A DNA stretch of 64,000 nt from contig CAYXIM010000001.1 of the NCBI GenBank assembly GCA_964465385.1, positions 3,443 through 67,442 of the forward strand. Reading direction: 5' to 3'. Below the pieces are notes generated by a model, which did no database searches, was not told the DNA's origin, and saw only the letters and a program-made list of their open reading frames with translations. This DNA comes from an uncultured Oscillospiraceae bacterium. GTDB lineage: Bacteria; Bacillota; Clostridia; Saccharofermentanales; UBA5734. Shown here one piece after another: positions 48,733 to 56,862 of this stretch. Positions within the stretch are counted from its first letter, which is position 1. The number at the start of each line of letters is the position of its first letter. Position numbers and translations under genes: made by a program.

Positions 48733-48741
48733 TGATAGAAT
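48733..48741 (+). promoter_or_regulatory. extended -10 promoter of the DUF1015 operon
   Basis: TGATAGAAT, 55 nt upstream of ATG 48796. Confidence 0.45.
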
Positions 48742-48795
48742 GGATAAGCGGCCCGCCCAAAAAACGACAGATCTCACACCATCGAGGAGCAGCTT

Positions 48796-50127
48796 ATGAC
48801 GTCTTCTTTTCAGCAGCATAACCCGTCATCGGTCATCCAGATGGCCCAGTGGCTTTTGCCTGGTGCCGGGGTTGACACAAGCCGCTGGCCTGTGCTGGCC
48901 TGCGACCAGCACACATCAGATCCGGACTACTGGGCCAAGACCCGCCAGACCGTTGGCAAGCAGCCTTCAACCCTGCACGTCATTTTACCGGAAGTCTATC
49001 TGGAAACCGAATCGGCCTCAGTCCTGGATGGCCGCATCCAGCGCATTCACCAGACCATGGCCCGCTATTTGGCCGAGCAGGTGCTTGAGCCAACCGGCCG
49101 TGGCTGTTTTTTGATCGAGCGGCGCACGCCGCAGCGTGCCAGCCGGCTGGGCCTGGTGGTCACGGTCGACTTGGAACAATACGACTACCGGCCGGAAAAC
49201 CGGCTCTTGATCCGCGCCACCGAGGAGACTGTTGCCGACCGGCTGCCACCCCGGTCAGCTATCCGTCAGGCGGCTCTTTTTGAGTGTGCCCATGTGCAGC
49301 TGCTCATGGATGACCCCCGGAAAACCGTTCTGGAACCGGTCTTTGCAGCCTGCACAGCCGGCCATGTGCCAACGGCCTATGACATCACGCTCATGCAAGC
49401 GGGCGGGGCAGTCCGGGGCTGGTTTTTGCCTGAAGCTGATGCCCTGGTGTCGCGCATGCGCGCCGCCATGAACCGGCTGGACAGCCTGGAAAAAGAAGGC
49501 CTGCTCCTGGTCGTTGGTGACGGCAACCATTCCCTGGCCGCGGCCAAGGACCATTGGGACCGCCACAAGGACCAGCTGCCGGCAGACCATCCGGCCCGGT
49601 TCGCCATGGTTGAGGTCATGAACCTGCACGATGATGGCCTGTCTTTTGAGCCCATCCACCGTGTCCTGACCGGCATTGGCCCGACCGATTTTCAAAAGGC
49701 CCTGATCGACTGGTTTGAAGACCATGCGCCCCAGCTCCTTTGTGAAGGGGCGGCCATCGCTCAAGATCACGCGGTCCTGGCCCGTGTCTTAACACCGGCA
49801 GGCACCCGCTTGCTGACCCTGCAGGGCACGGCTGCTGATCTGCCTGTTGCCCTCATCCAGCCTTTTTTGGACCACCTGGTTGAGAGCCGGCAATTGAAAA
49901 TCGATTACATCCATGGCCTGGATGTCTTGCAGGACCTGGTCGACCAGGGCGCCATCGGCATCGCGTTGCCGGCCTTGCAAAAAGATGCTTTTTTCTCCCT
50001 GCTGGCCCAACAGTCCGTTTTGCCCCGCAAAACCTTTTCACTGGGTGAAGCCAATGAAAAGCGCTACTACCTGGAATGCCGCATGATCACACAAGATGCC
50101 GCCCCAGCGGGAAAGGAACGGGAATGA
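48796..50127 (+). CDS. DUF1015-like protein (function unknown)
   Basis: 443 aa with GAGGAG RBS. Size and the VVGDGNHSLAAAK segment resemble the DGHHR-type core I associate with DUF1015. Family assignment is from memory, not a search. Confidence 0.6.
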   Translation: MTSSFQQHNPSSVIQMAQWLLPGAGVDTSRWPVLACDQHTSDPDYWAKTRQTVGKQPSTLHVILPEVYLETESASVLDGRIQRIHQTMARYLAEQVLEPTGRGCFLIERRTPQRASRLGLVVTVDLEQYDYRPENRLLIRATEETVADRLPPRSAIRQAALFECAHVQLLMDDPRKTVLEPVFAACTAGHVPTAYDITLMQAGGAVRGWFLPEADALVSRMRAAMNRLDSLEKEGLLLVVGDGNHSLAAAKDHWDRHKDQLPADHPARFAMVEVMNLHDDGLSFEPIHRVLTGIGPTDFQKALIDWFEDHAPQLLCEGAAIAQDHAVLARVLTPAGTRLLTLQGTAADLPVALIQPFLDHLVESRQLKIDYIHGLDVLQDLVDQGAIGIALPALQKDAFFSLLAQQSVLPRKTFSLGEANEKRYYLECRMITQDAAPAGKERE

Positions 50128-51545
50128 CCAGCCAGAAGGCCCCGGACCATATCTGTGTCATCGGTGCCGGCTTGACCGGGCTGGTCTGCGCCTGCACCCT
50201 GGCTGCCGCCGGCTACCGGGTCACGGTGCTGGAATCCAACCACCAGCCCGGGGGCATGATTGCTGATTTCCAATGGGGTCAGACCCGCGTGGAGTACCTT
50301 TATCACCACCTGTTCACCACCGATCGGCTGCTGGTGCAGCTGATCGAATCCCTGGGCTTAAAAGACCAGCTGATCTGGTTTGATCCGTCTGACGCCCTGG
50401 TCTCCAACAGCCGTTTTTACCCCTTTACCGGTCCCTGGGACCTCTTGCGTTTTCCCCTGATCCCGTTGAGCCAGCGCCTGCGAACCGGCCTGGCTGTCCT
50501 GCGGGCCGGCCGCATGGCCGACTGGCAGCACCTGGAAGAAGAAACCGCCTCGGACTGGTTGATCCGTTACGGTGGCGAGCAGGCCTACACCTGTATCTGG
50601 AAACCCCTGCTCCGGTCAAAATTTGACCGGGATGCCGACGAGGTCTCTGCTGTTTGGATCTGGAACAAGTTCAAGCTGCGCGGCGGCTCACGTGACCAGC
50701 GCTCTGGCTCAGAGCGCCTGGGTTACCTGCGTGGCAGCTTCGGCCGCCTGACCGATGCCCTGACCGATCTCCTGCTGCGCCTGGGCGGCCGCTTGCACCT
50801 GGGCCACACAGCCATGAACATCGCCCAGCCAGCTGACGGACCGGCCCGCTACCGCATCTCCTGCATCCTGGAAGACTGCCAGACCGTGCATGTTGATGCC
50901 GACGGTGTCGTCGCGGCTACAGCCCCCCGGCCTTTTCTGGGCATCACCACCGCCTTGAATTTTCCGCAAGGCTATGTGGACCGCTTGACACGCAGCCACT
51001 ACAAGGCCGACCTGTGCCTGGTCCTGCGTTTGAAAAAAAGCCTCTCTCCTTATTACTGGACCACCATCTGCGACCAGCTGCCCTTTGTGGTGGTTGTGGA
51101 ACAAACCCAGGTCATCGACCCGGCAGCCTATGGCGGCCATGTGGTCTACCTGTCACGCTACCTGGATGTGACCGACCCCCTGTGGACCCAGCCTGACGGG
51201 GTGGTCTTCCGTCAGTTTCTGGCAGGCTTGGAAAGCCTTTACCCGCACTTCAGCCCCCACGACGTCATCGACTGGCGGCTGCGCCGGACCCGCTACGCCC
51301 AGCCGGTCATTTCGCGCAACCACCAGCAGCAGATTCCATCACTTGAAACCCCCCTGCCCGGCTTGAAGCTGGCCGGGACGGCCCAGATTTATCCCGAAGA
51401 CCGGGGCCTCAACTACGCTGTCCGCCTGGCTTTCCAAGCTGCCCGCTCCATACACCTAGACAGCAGCCAAAAGCCACAAGCACCCGCTGAGCCACTTCCG
51501 CAAGCCAGCTGGCTGCTGGAACAACTGGCACAAGCGGACCCGTGA
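50124..51545 (+). CDS. FAD/NAD(P)-binding oxidoreductase (amine-oxidase/phytoene-desaturase-like)
   Basis: In-frame ATG 50124 overlaps the upstream stop (ATGA). GGAAAGGAA RBS. Dinucleotide-binding fold: ICVIGAGLTGLVCACTLAAAGYRVTVLESNHQPGG. Confidence 0.8.
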   Translation: MTSQKAPDHICVIGAGLTGLVCACTLAAAGYRVTVLESNHQPGGMIADFQWGQTRVEYLYHHLFTTDRLLVQLIESLGLKDQLIWFDPSDALVSNSRFYPFTGPWDLLRFPLIPLSQRLRTGLAVLRAGRMADWQHLEEETASDWLIRYGGEQAYTCIWKPLLRSKFDRDADEVSAVWIWNKFKLRGGSRDQRSGSERLGYLRGSFGRLTDALTDLLLRLGGRLHLGHTAMNIAQPADGPARYRISCILEDCQTVHVDADGVVAATAPRPFLGITTALNFPQGYVDRLTRSHYKADLCLVLRLKKSLSPYYWTTICDQLPFVVVVEQTQVIDPAAYGGHVVYLSRYLDVTDPLWTQPDGVVFRQFLAGLESLYPHFSPHDVIDWRLRRTRYAQPVISRNHQQQIPSLETPLPGLKLAGTAQIYPEDRGLNYAVRLAFQAARSIHLDSSQKPQAPAEPLPQASWLLEQLAQADP

Positions 51546-54118
51546 TGGTGCGCCGGGTCGCTTGTTGGCTGGCCCTGGCCCTGTTACCCCTGCTGTGGGT
51601 CATCGCGGTGTGGGCGTTGGCAGCTGATGCGGTGCACGTCTTCAGCTGGTGGCTGGCCCTGACCCTGCCCGGCTGGCTCGTGTGGCCTTTTGTGACCCGC
51701 CTGACCCCAGCCGGGAGCCAAGGCTACCTGCTGGCCAAGGCCCTGGGGCTCCTGCTGCCTGCCCTGGCCTTGTGGCTGGCATCCTTTTGGGGGCTTTTGC
51801 CCTTCACCCGATCTGCAATGGTGCCCTTGCTCCTGCTGGCAGGTTTTGGCGCCTGGGGCGCATACCGGCGCCGCAGCCACTTGCTGCAACTGCTCAAACA
51901 ACCGGCCTTCCTGACCCGTCTTTTCGCCTCTGAAGCCCTTTTCACCGCATCATTGCTCCTGGCGGTTTTTGCCCGGGGCCTGAAACCGGAACTGGACAGC
52001 CTGGAAAAATTCATGAACGTTGGCCTCATGAACAGCCTGTGGCGAACCAACTGGCTGCCCGCGCTCGACACCTGGTTTTCAGGCAAAACGGTCAACTACT
52101 ACTATTTTGGCCAATACTGTTACACCTACCTGGCCAAACTGACGGCGATCCGTCCGGAAGTGGCTTATAACCTGGGCATGGCCACCACCTTTGCCTTCAC
52201 CTTGACCTTGGCCTACACCCTGGTCGCCGGGCTGGTCCTGTCCCGGGACAGGTCGGCCAGGACCTGGAAAGGAACGTTGGCTTCCCTCAGCGGCCTGTGG
52301 GGGGCCCTGCTGGTCAGCCTGGCCGGTAACGGCCATGCATTTTTCTTTGGCAACCGCAGCCCGGGCCGTCAGGTCACCCGCTGGCTGATCAACCGCGGTT
52401 TCCTGGCCTCTTCTGTCGACAAGCCGTACTGGTTTGCCGATGCCACCCGTTTCATCGGCTACAACCCGGACACCACCGACAAAACCATCCATGAGTTCCC
52501 CTTCTACTCTTTTCTGGTGGCTGATCTGCATGCCCATGTGATCAACCTGACCTTTGTCCTGGTTTTTTTGATCGTCATGGCTGCCCTGGTGGGCCGGCCC
52601 CGCCTGGTCCAGTCCATGGCCCGTTGCTGCCGCGAGCAGGACCGGGCCGACCGGCTGGATGACCTGGGCTGGTACCAGCGGACAAAAGAAGACGCGCTGG
52701 ACCGCCTCCGGGTCATGGTCACCGACCCGCTCTTGCTGGTCTCGGGCCTCCTGCTCGCGGTTTTCATGATGGGTAATTACTGGGATTTTGCCATTTACCT
52801 GGCAGTTGCCGCCCTGGTCCTGCTGGTCACCAACTACCAGGGCAGCAGCCGGAAAAAGCTGTTGCCCGGGGTCATCATCCTGCTGGTCCAGGCCGCCTTT
52901 TTGCTGCTGGTTTACCTGCGCCTGCAAAACCCCCTGCTGGCCGTCTGGGCCTTGCTGGTGGTTTGGCTGATCAACCAGGGCCTGACCTTGCTCCATGGCG
53001 ATGCCCTGACCGTCACCGGCGCCCAGGTGTCCTGGTTGTTCTTGCTGGCACATGGGGTCAGCCTGCCCTTCAACCGGTCGTTTGAGCCGATTTCCAAAAC
53101 CATCGCCCGGACACAGGCCACCACCCCCATCAGCCAGCTGTTGCTGCTGTGGGGCCCCCACCTGCTGGCCACAGGCTTGTTTGCCCTCATGCTGGTCTGG
53201 GTCCATCACCGCCGCCAGCCGCGGGTCTTCCCCCCGCCTGCCGGCACGGGTCTTCGGGGCGGGCGCCGGTTTTACCCGCTGGATCCGGCCGATCGCTTGC
53301 TGCTGGTCTTTTTCCTGTGGTCGGTCTGCCTCTTGCTCTTGCCAGAACTGGTTTATGTGGTTGACATCTACAGCGGCTCCTTTAAACGGGCCAACACCAT
53401 GTTCAAGTTCACCTATCAGGCCTTCTTGCTCCTGTCGCTGATCTGGGCTGCGGCACCTGGCCGCCTGTTGCAAAAAAGCGGCGGAAAAGGACGCTGGCCC
53501 AGGCGCATCCTGGCCGGTTTCCTGCTGCTTGGCCTGGTCGTTCCCTTCTGGTACACCGTGCCGGCCGCCAGCCAATGGCTGGGTGCCTTCAAACGTGCCC
53601 GTTACCAGGGCCTGGACGGCCTGGCACCACTGGCCCTCAAGGATTCGGCCCAGATTCCAGGCCAGCTCCCGGGTGAACTGGCAGCAGATGTCGCCGCCAT
53701 CCGCTGGTTAAATGAAACGGTTACAGGCCAGCCGCTTGTTCTGGAGGCAGACGGAGAAAGCTACACCGATTTTTGTCGCATCTCCGCTATGACCGGCCTG
53801 CCCACCATCCTGGGCTGGGAGACTCACGAATGGCTCTGGCGCACCAGCCGGGACACGCCAGATGCTTACAGCGCCCACGTGCTGCCCAGGCAACAGGACA
53901 TCCGCCTGATCTACACAACCGATGACCAGGCCCTGCGCCAGGAACTGCTGGCGCGCTACCAGGTGGCCTACCTGGTCATCGGCGACCTGGAGCGTGCCCG
54001 CTTCACCGACCAAACACAAACCCGCCTGCCTGAAGAACTGCTTCAGGCCTGCGGGTCAGTTGTTTTTTCACAAGGCTCTTTGCTTGTGATCCAGGTTGAC
54101 CAGCCCCCGGTCAGGTGA
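51545..54118 (+). CDS. DUF2298 / 'YYY' domain giant integral membrane protein (GT-C-like)
   Basis: 857 aa from ATG 51545 (TGATG overlap with the upstream stop; GTG 51542 is also possible). Context: LEKFMNVGLMNSLWRTNWLPALDTWFSGKTVNYYYFGQY, containing the YYYxG motif. Many hydrophobic segments and a C-terminal soluble domain. Confidence 0.8.
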   Translation: MVRRVACWLALALLPLLWVIAVWALAADAVHVFSWWLALTLPGWLVWPFVTRLTPAGSQGYLLAKALGLLLPALALWLASFWGLLPFTRSAMVPLLLLAGFGAWGAYRRRSHLLQLLKQPAFLTRLFASEALFTASLLLAVFARGLKPELDSLEKFMNVGLMNSLWRTNWLPALDTWFSGKTVNYYYFGQYCYTYLAKLTAIRPEVAYNLGMATTFAFTLTLAYTLVAGLVLSRDRSARTWKGTLASLSGLWGALLVSLAGNGHAFFFGNRSPGRQVTRWLINRGFLASSVDKPYWFADATRFIGYNPDTTDKTIHEFPFYSFLVADLHAHVINLTFVLVFLIVMAALVGRPRLVQSMARCCREQDRADRLDDLGWYQRTKEDALDRLRVMVTDPLLLVSGLLLAVFMMGNYWDFAIYLAVAALVLLVTNYQGSSRKKLLPGVIILLVQAAFLLLVYLRLQNPLLAVWALLVVWLINQGLTLLHGDALTVTGAQVSWLFLLAHGVSLPFNRSFEPISKTIARTQATTPISQLLLLWGPHLLATGLFALMLVWVHHRRQPRVFPPPAGTGLRGGRRFYPLDPADRLLLVFFLWSVCLLLLPELVYVVDIYSGSFKRANTMFKFTYQAFLLLSLIWAAAPGRLLQKSGGKGRWPRRILAGFLLLGLVVPFWYTVPAASQWLGAFKRARYQGLDGLAPLALKDSAQIPGQLPGELAADVAAIRWLNETVTGQPLVLEADGESYTDFCRISAMTGLPTILGWETHEWLWRTSRDTPDAYSAHVLPRQQDIRLIYTTDDQALRQELLARYQVAYLVIGDLERARFTDQTQTRLPEELLQACGSVVFSQGSLLVIQVDQPPVR

Positions 54119-55724
54119 GCTTGGAAAAATCCAATGCGGACACGCGCAGCACCCCTTCAATTTGACGCAAGGCCTGTAACGTGGCGCTGTCGACCGGTGA
54201 GTCAACGCTCAGAAAGCTCTGGGCGCGCATTTTGTCTTTTTTCCGGCTCCAGTGCATGGTGGCAATGTTGATAGACTGTTCACCCAGGATCGTGCCCACA
54301 CGGCCGATGATCCCGGGCACGTCCTCGTTTTGCATGGCCAGCACGTAATCGGACAGTTCAAAATCCATGTGGTAGCCAAAAAAGTCAACCAGCACTTCGG
54401 ACTCTTTGCCGAAGACCGTTCCGGAAACAGACAGCGTCTTGTCGGCAGAGACAAAACGAACGGTAATCAGGTTGGTGTATTTTTCCAATTGGCTGGTCCG
54501 GCTTTCAACCACCCGAACCCCCATGGCCATGAGGTTTTGTTTGACATTGACATAGCTGATGCGTTCATCGGAAATGGTGGTGACAAAGCCTTTGAGCACG
54601 GACAGGGTCAACAGGTGGGTGTCCTGTCGGGCCAGTTCACCCGCATACATGATTTCGATGGTCCGGATGCGGGCGGTTTCGGCCTGGTAGTAGACGGCTC
54701 CCAGCTTTTCGCACAGGGACAGGTAGGGTTTGAGAGCGGCCAGGTCCACGTTGATGTCCGGCATGTTGACAGCATAAACCAGTTCACCGCGCAAAGCCCC
54801 GGTGACCAGCTCGGTCACAGCCATGCCAACGTTGGTGTTGGCTTCGTGTGTCGACGCCCCCAGGTGCGGCGTGATCAGGCAGTTGGGTAGATCCAGCAAG
54901 GGGTTTTGATAGTTTTGCTGGCCTGGCTCTTTGTCGTAGCTGGGCTCATCGTCCAGCACGTCAATGCCGGCTGCAGCCACCTGCCCCTCCTTGAGGGCCC
55001 TGGCCAGCGCATGTTCATTGACCAGGCCACCACGGGCCGCGTTCACGACATAGACCCCTCGCCGGCACAGGGCCAGCTCGTCCGATCCGATCATGTTGTG
55101 GGTCTCTTTGGTCTTGGGGGTGTGCAGGCTGATCAGGTCCGACTGGACCAGCAGGTCATGGAGGTGGTCGCAGCGTTCCACACCCAGGCGGTCAAAACGC
55201 TCTGCCGGAATATACGGGTCATAGGCAACCACCCGCATGCCGACACCTTTGAGCTTGCGTGCCACAATGGAGCCAATCCGGCCCAGGCCGATGATGCCGA
55301 CCGTTTTGCCTTCCAGCTCGTTGCCGATCAGGCGCGACCGCCTGAAATCATCCTGCCTGGCCGCCGTGTTGGCCTGGCAGATGTTTCTGAACAGGGCGAA
55401 AGCCAGCCCGACAGCCAGCTCGCCCGCCGCCATGATGTTGGCCTCAGGGGTGTTGACGGCAATGATGCCGCGGTCCGTGCAGGCATCGACATCGATGTTG
55501 TCGATGCCGTTTCCGGCACGGCCAACCACCTTGAGGTTGACACCGGCATCCAGCAGGGCGCGGTTGACCTGGGTGTGACTGCGCACAATCAGGGCGTCGT
55601 ATGGGGCGATCAGGCCACAAATGTCATCCTGGGACAGGCCCAGCCGTTCATCGACGTCAAAGCCCTGCTGCTTCAAATAGGCAATGGCTTCAGCAGCAAT
55701 TTTTTCGGTGATCAAAATCTTCAT
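54111..55724 (-). CDS. serA: D-3-phosphoglycerate dehydrogenase with C-terminal ACT domain
   Basis: ORF 54111..55757. I prefer ATG 55724, after GGAGG. NAD fold GIIGLGRIG, catalytic R/E/H pattern, ACT tail. Confidence 0.93.
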   Translation of the reverse strand: MKILITEKIAAEAIAYLKQQGFDVDERLGLSQDDICGLIAPYDALIVRSHTQVNRALLDAGVNLKVVGRAGNGIDNIDVDACTDRGIIAVNTPEANIMAAGELAVGLAFALFRNICQANTAARQDDFRRSRLIGNELEGKTVGIIGLGRIGSIVARKLKGVGMRVVAYDPYIPAERFDRLGVERCDHLHDLLVQSDLISLHTPKTKETHNMIGSDELALCRRGVYVVNAARGGLVNEHALARALKEGQVAAAGIDVLDDEPSYDKEPGQQNYQNPLLDLPNCLITPHLGASTHEANTNVGMAVTELVTGALRGELVYAVNMPDINVDLAALKPYLSLCEKLGAVYYQAETARIRTIEIMYAGELARQDTHLLTLSVLKGFVTTISDERISYVNVKQNLMAMGVRVVESRTSQLEKYTNLITVRFVSADKTLSVSGTVFGKESEVLVDFFGYHMDFELSDYVLAMQNEDVPGIIGRVGTILGEQSINIATMHWSRKKDKMRAQSFLSVDSPVDSATLQALRQIEGVLRVSALDFSKLT

Positions 55725-55753
55725 GTCAATAGCCTCCGGTCGCGATCCGGCCT

Positions 55754-56833
55754 TCAAGCACCGGTTTCGTTCAAGTAGTCATCTATCAGTGACAGCAGGC
55801 CATCCAGGTCTGCCAGGCTGGTGTCCGCCATGTGTGCGATGCGGAAAGTCTGGTTGCGCAGGGCGCCGTAGCCGTTGGACAACAGGTAGCCCCGTTGGCC
55901 CAGCCAGGCATTAAGTGCGGCCACATCAAGGGAACGGGTGTTGCGCAGGCAGGTGACCGTCGGCGACAAAACGGCTTCATCGGCAAAAAGGGCAAAGCGG
56001 TCTCTGGCCCAGGCCTGGGTATGCTCGGCCAGCTGCTGGTGGCGTCGGTAACGGCGCTCAGGGCCCTCTGCCAGGATGCGGTCCAGCTGGTAATCCAGGG
56101 CAAACAGATGGGATAAGGACGGTGTGGACGGGTATTGGTGGTTTTTTTGACGGATGGTTTCAACCAGGGTCAAGAGGTCAAAATACAAGCCCCGGTGGGG
56201 CACCTGGCGGGCAGCCTGGAGGGCTTTTTCTGAAACCGTGCACAAGGAAAGGCCCGGTGGCAGGCCCAGGCATTTTTGCGACGAGCCAATCAGGACATCG
56301 ATGCCCAGCTGCTGAACCGGCAGGTCGACCCCGCCCAGGGAGCTGACCGCATCGACCAGCCAGACCAGCTCCGGATAAGCCGCAAAAACAGCCGCCAGCG
56401 GCGCCAAAGGGTTCATGACACCGGTTGAGGTTTCATTGTGGGTGATGGTTGCCACATCATAGCGGCCGCTGGCTAAGGTCTTGTCGACCACCGCCAGGTC
56501 CACGCCCCGGCCTGGTTCAAAGGAGACCAGGTCAGCCGGCACCCCGTTGGCCTGGGCCATTTGATGCCAGCGGTCCCCAAAAGCACCCACGGAAAACACA
56601 ACCGCCCGCTGCCTGGTGCAGGAGCGGATGGCCCCTTCCATGAGGCCGCTGCCAGATGAGGTGGACAGGACAATGTCCTGGTCGGTCTTGAGCAGCTGGC
56701 GCAGGCGGTCGGAGATGCTTTTTTGCAAATCAGAAACCTCCGGGCCCCTGTGGCTGATCATGGGCTTGGCCATGGCCTGTAGAACGTCTGGTCGAACCTC
56801 AACAGGACCCGGTATAAACAGGTGTTTGTGCAT
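55754..56833 (-). CDS. class-V aminotransferase (serine-pyruvate/phosphoserine aminotransferase type)
   Basis: ORF 55754..56845. ATG 56833 has GGAG 6 nt upstream. Motifs: HLFIPGPVEV and SSQKCLG (PLP lysine). Its position upstream of serA suggests the phosphoserine step. Confidence 0.85.
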   Translation of the reverse strand: MHKHLFIPGPVEVRPDVLQAMAKPMISHRGPEVSDLQKSISDRLRQLLKTDQDIVLSTSSGSGLMEGAIRSCTRQRAVVFSVGAFGDRWHQMAQANGVPADLVSFEPGRGVDLAVVDKTLASGRYDVATITHNETSTGVMNPLAPLAAVFAAYPELVWLVDAVSSLGGVDLPVQQLGIDVLIGSSQKCLGLPPGLSLCTVSEKALQAARQVPHRGLYFDLLTLVETIRQKNHQYPSTPSLSHLFALDYQLDRILAEGPERRYRRHQQLAEHTQAWARDRFALFADEAVLSPTVTCLRNTRSLDVAALNAWLGQRGYLLSNGYGALRNQTFRIAHMADTSLADLDGLLSLIDDYLNETGA

Positions 56834-56862
56834 GTCGTGCTCCATTCTTCTGGTTTTGACGG

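Noticed and set aside
48629-48795. A T-box or other leader RNA upstream of alaS.
   Set aside because: The region is only 167 bp and is shared with a divergent promoter. No specifier-loop or T-box 14-mer (AGGGTGGNACCGCG-like) sequence is present, and a good promoter sits ~30 nt from the SD.
52079-53575. A 498-aa minus-strand ORF inside the YYY membrane-protein gene. Similar long antisense ORFs occur at 7009..8235, 21589..22386, 37859..38638, 43046..44047 and 54906..55778.
   Set aside because: All lie antisense to genes with clear family signatures. All have Gln/Gly/Pro/Arg/His-rich compositions with no motifs and lack ribosome-binding sites. They are typical open antisense frames in GC-rich DNA.
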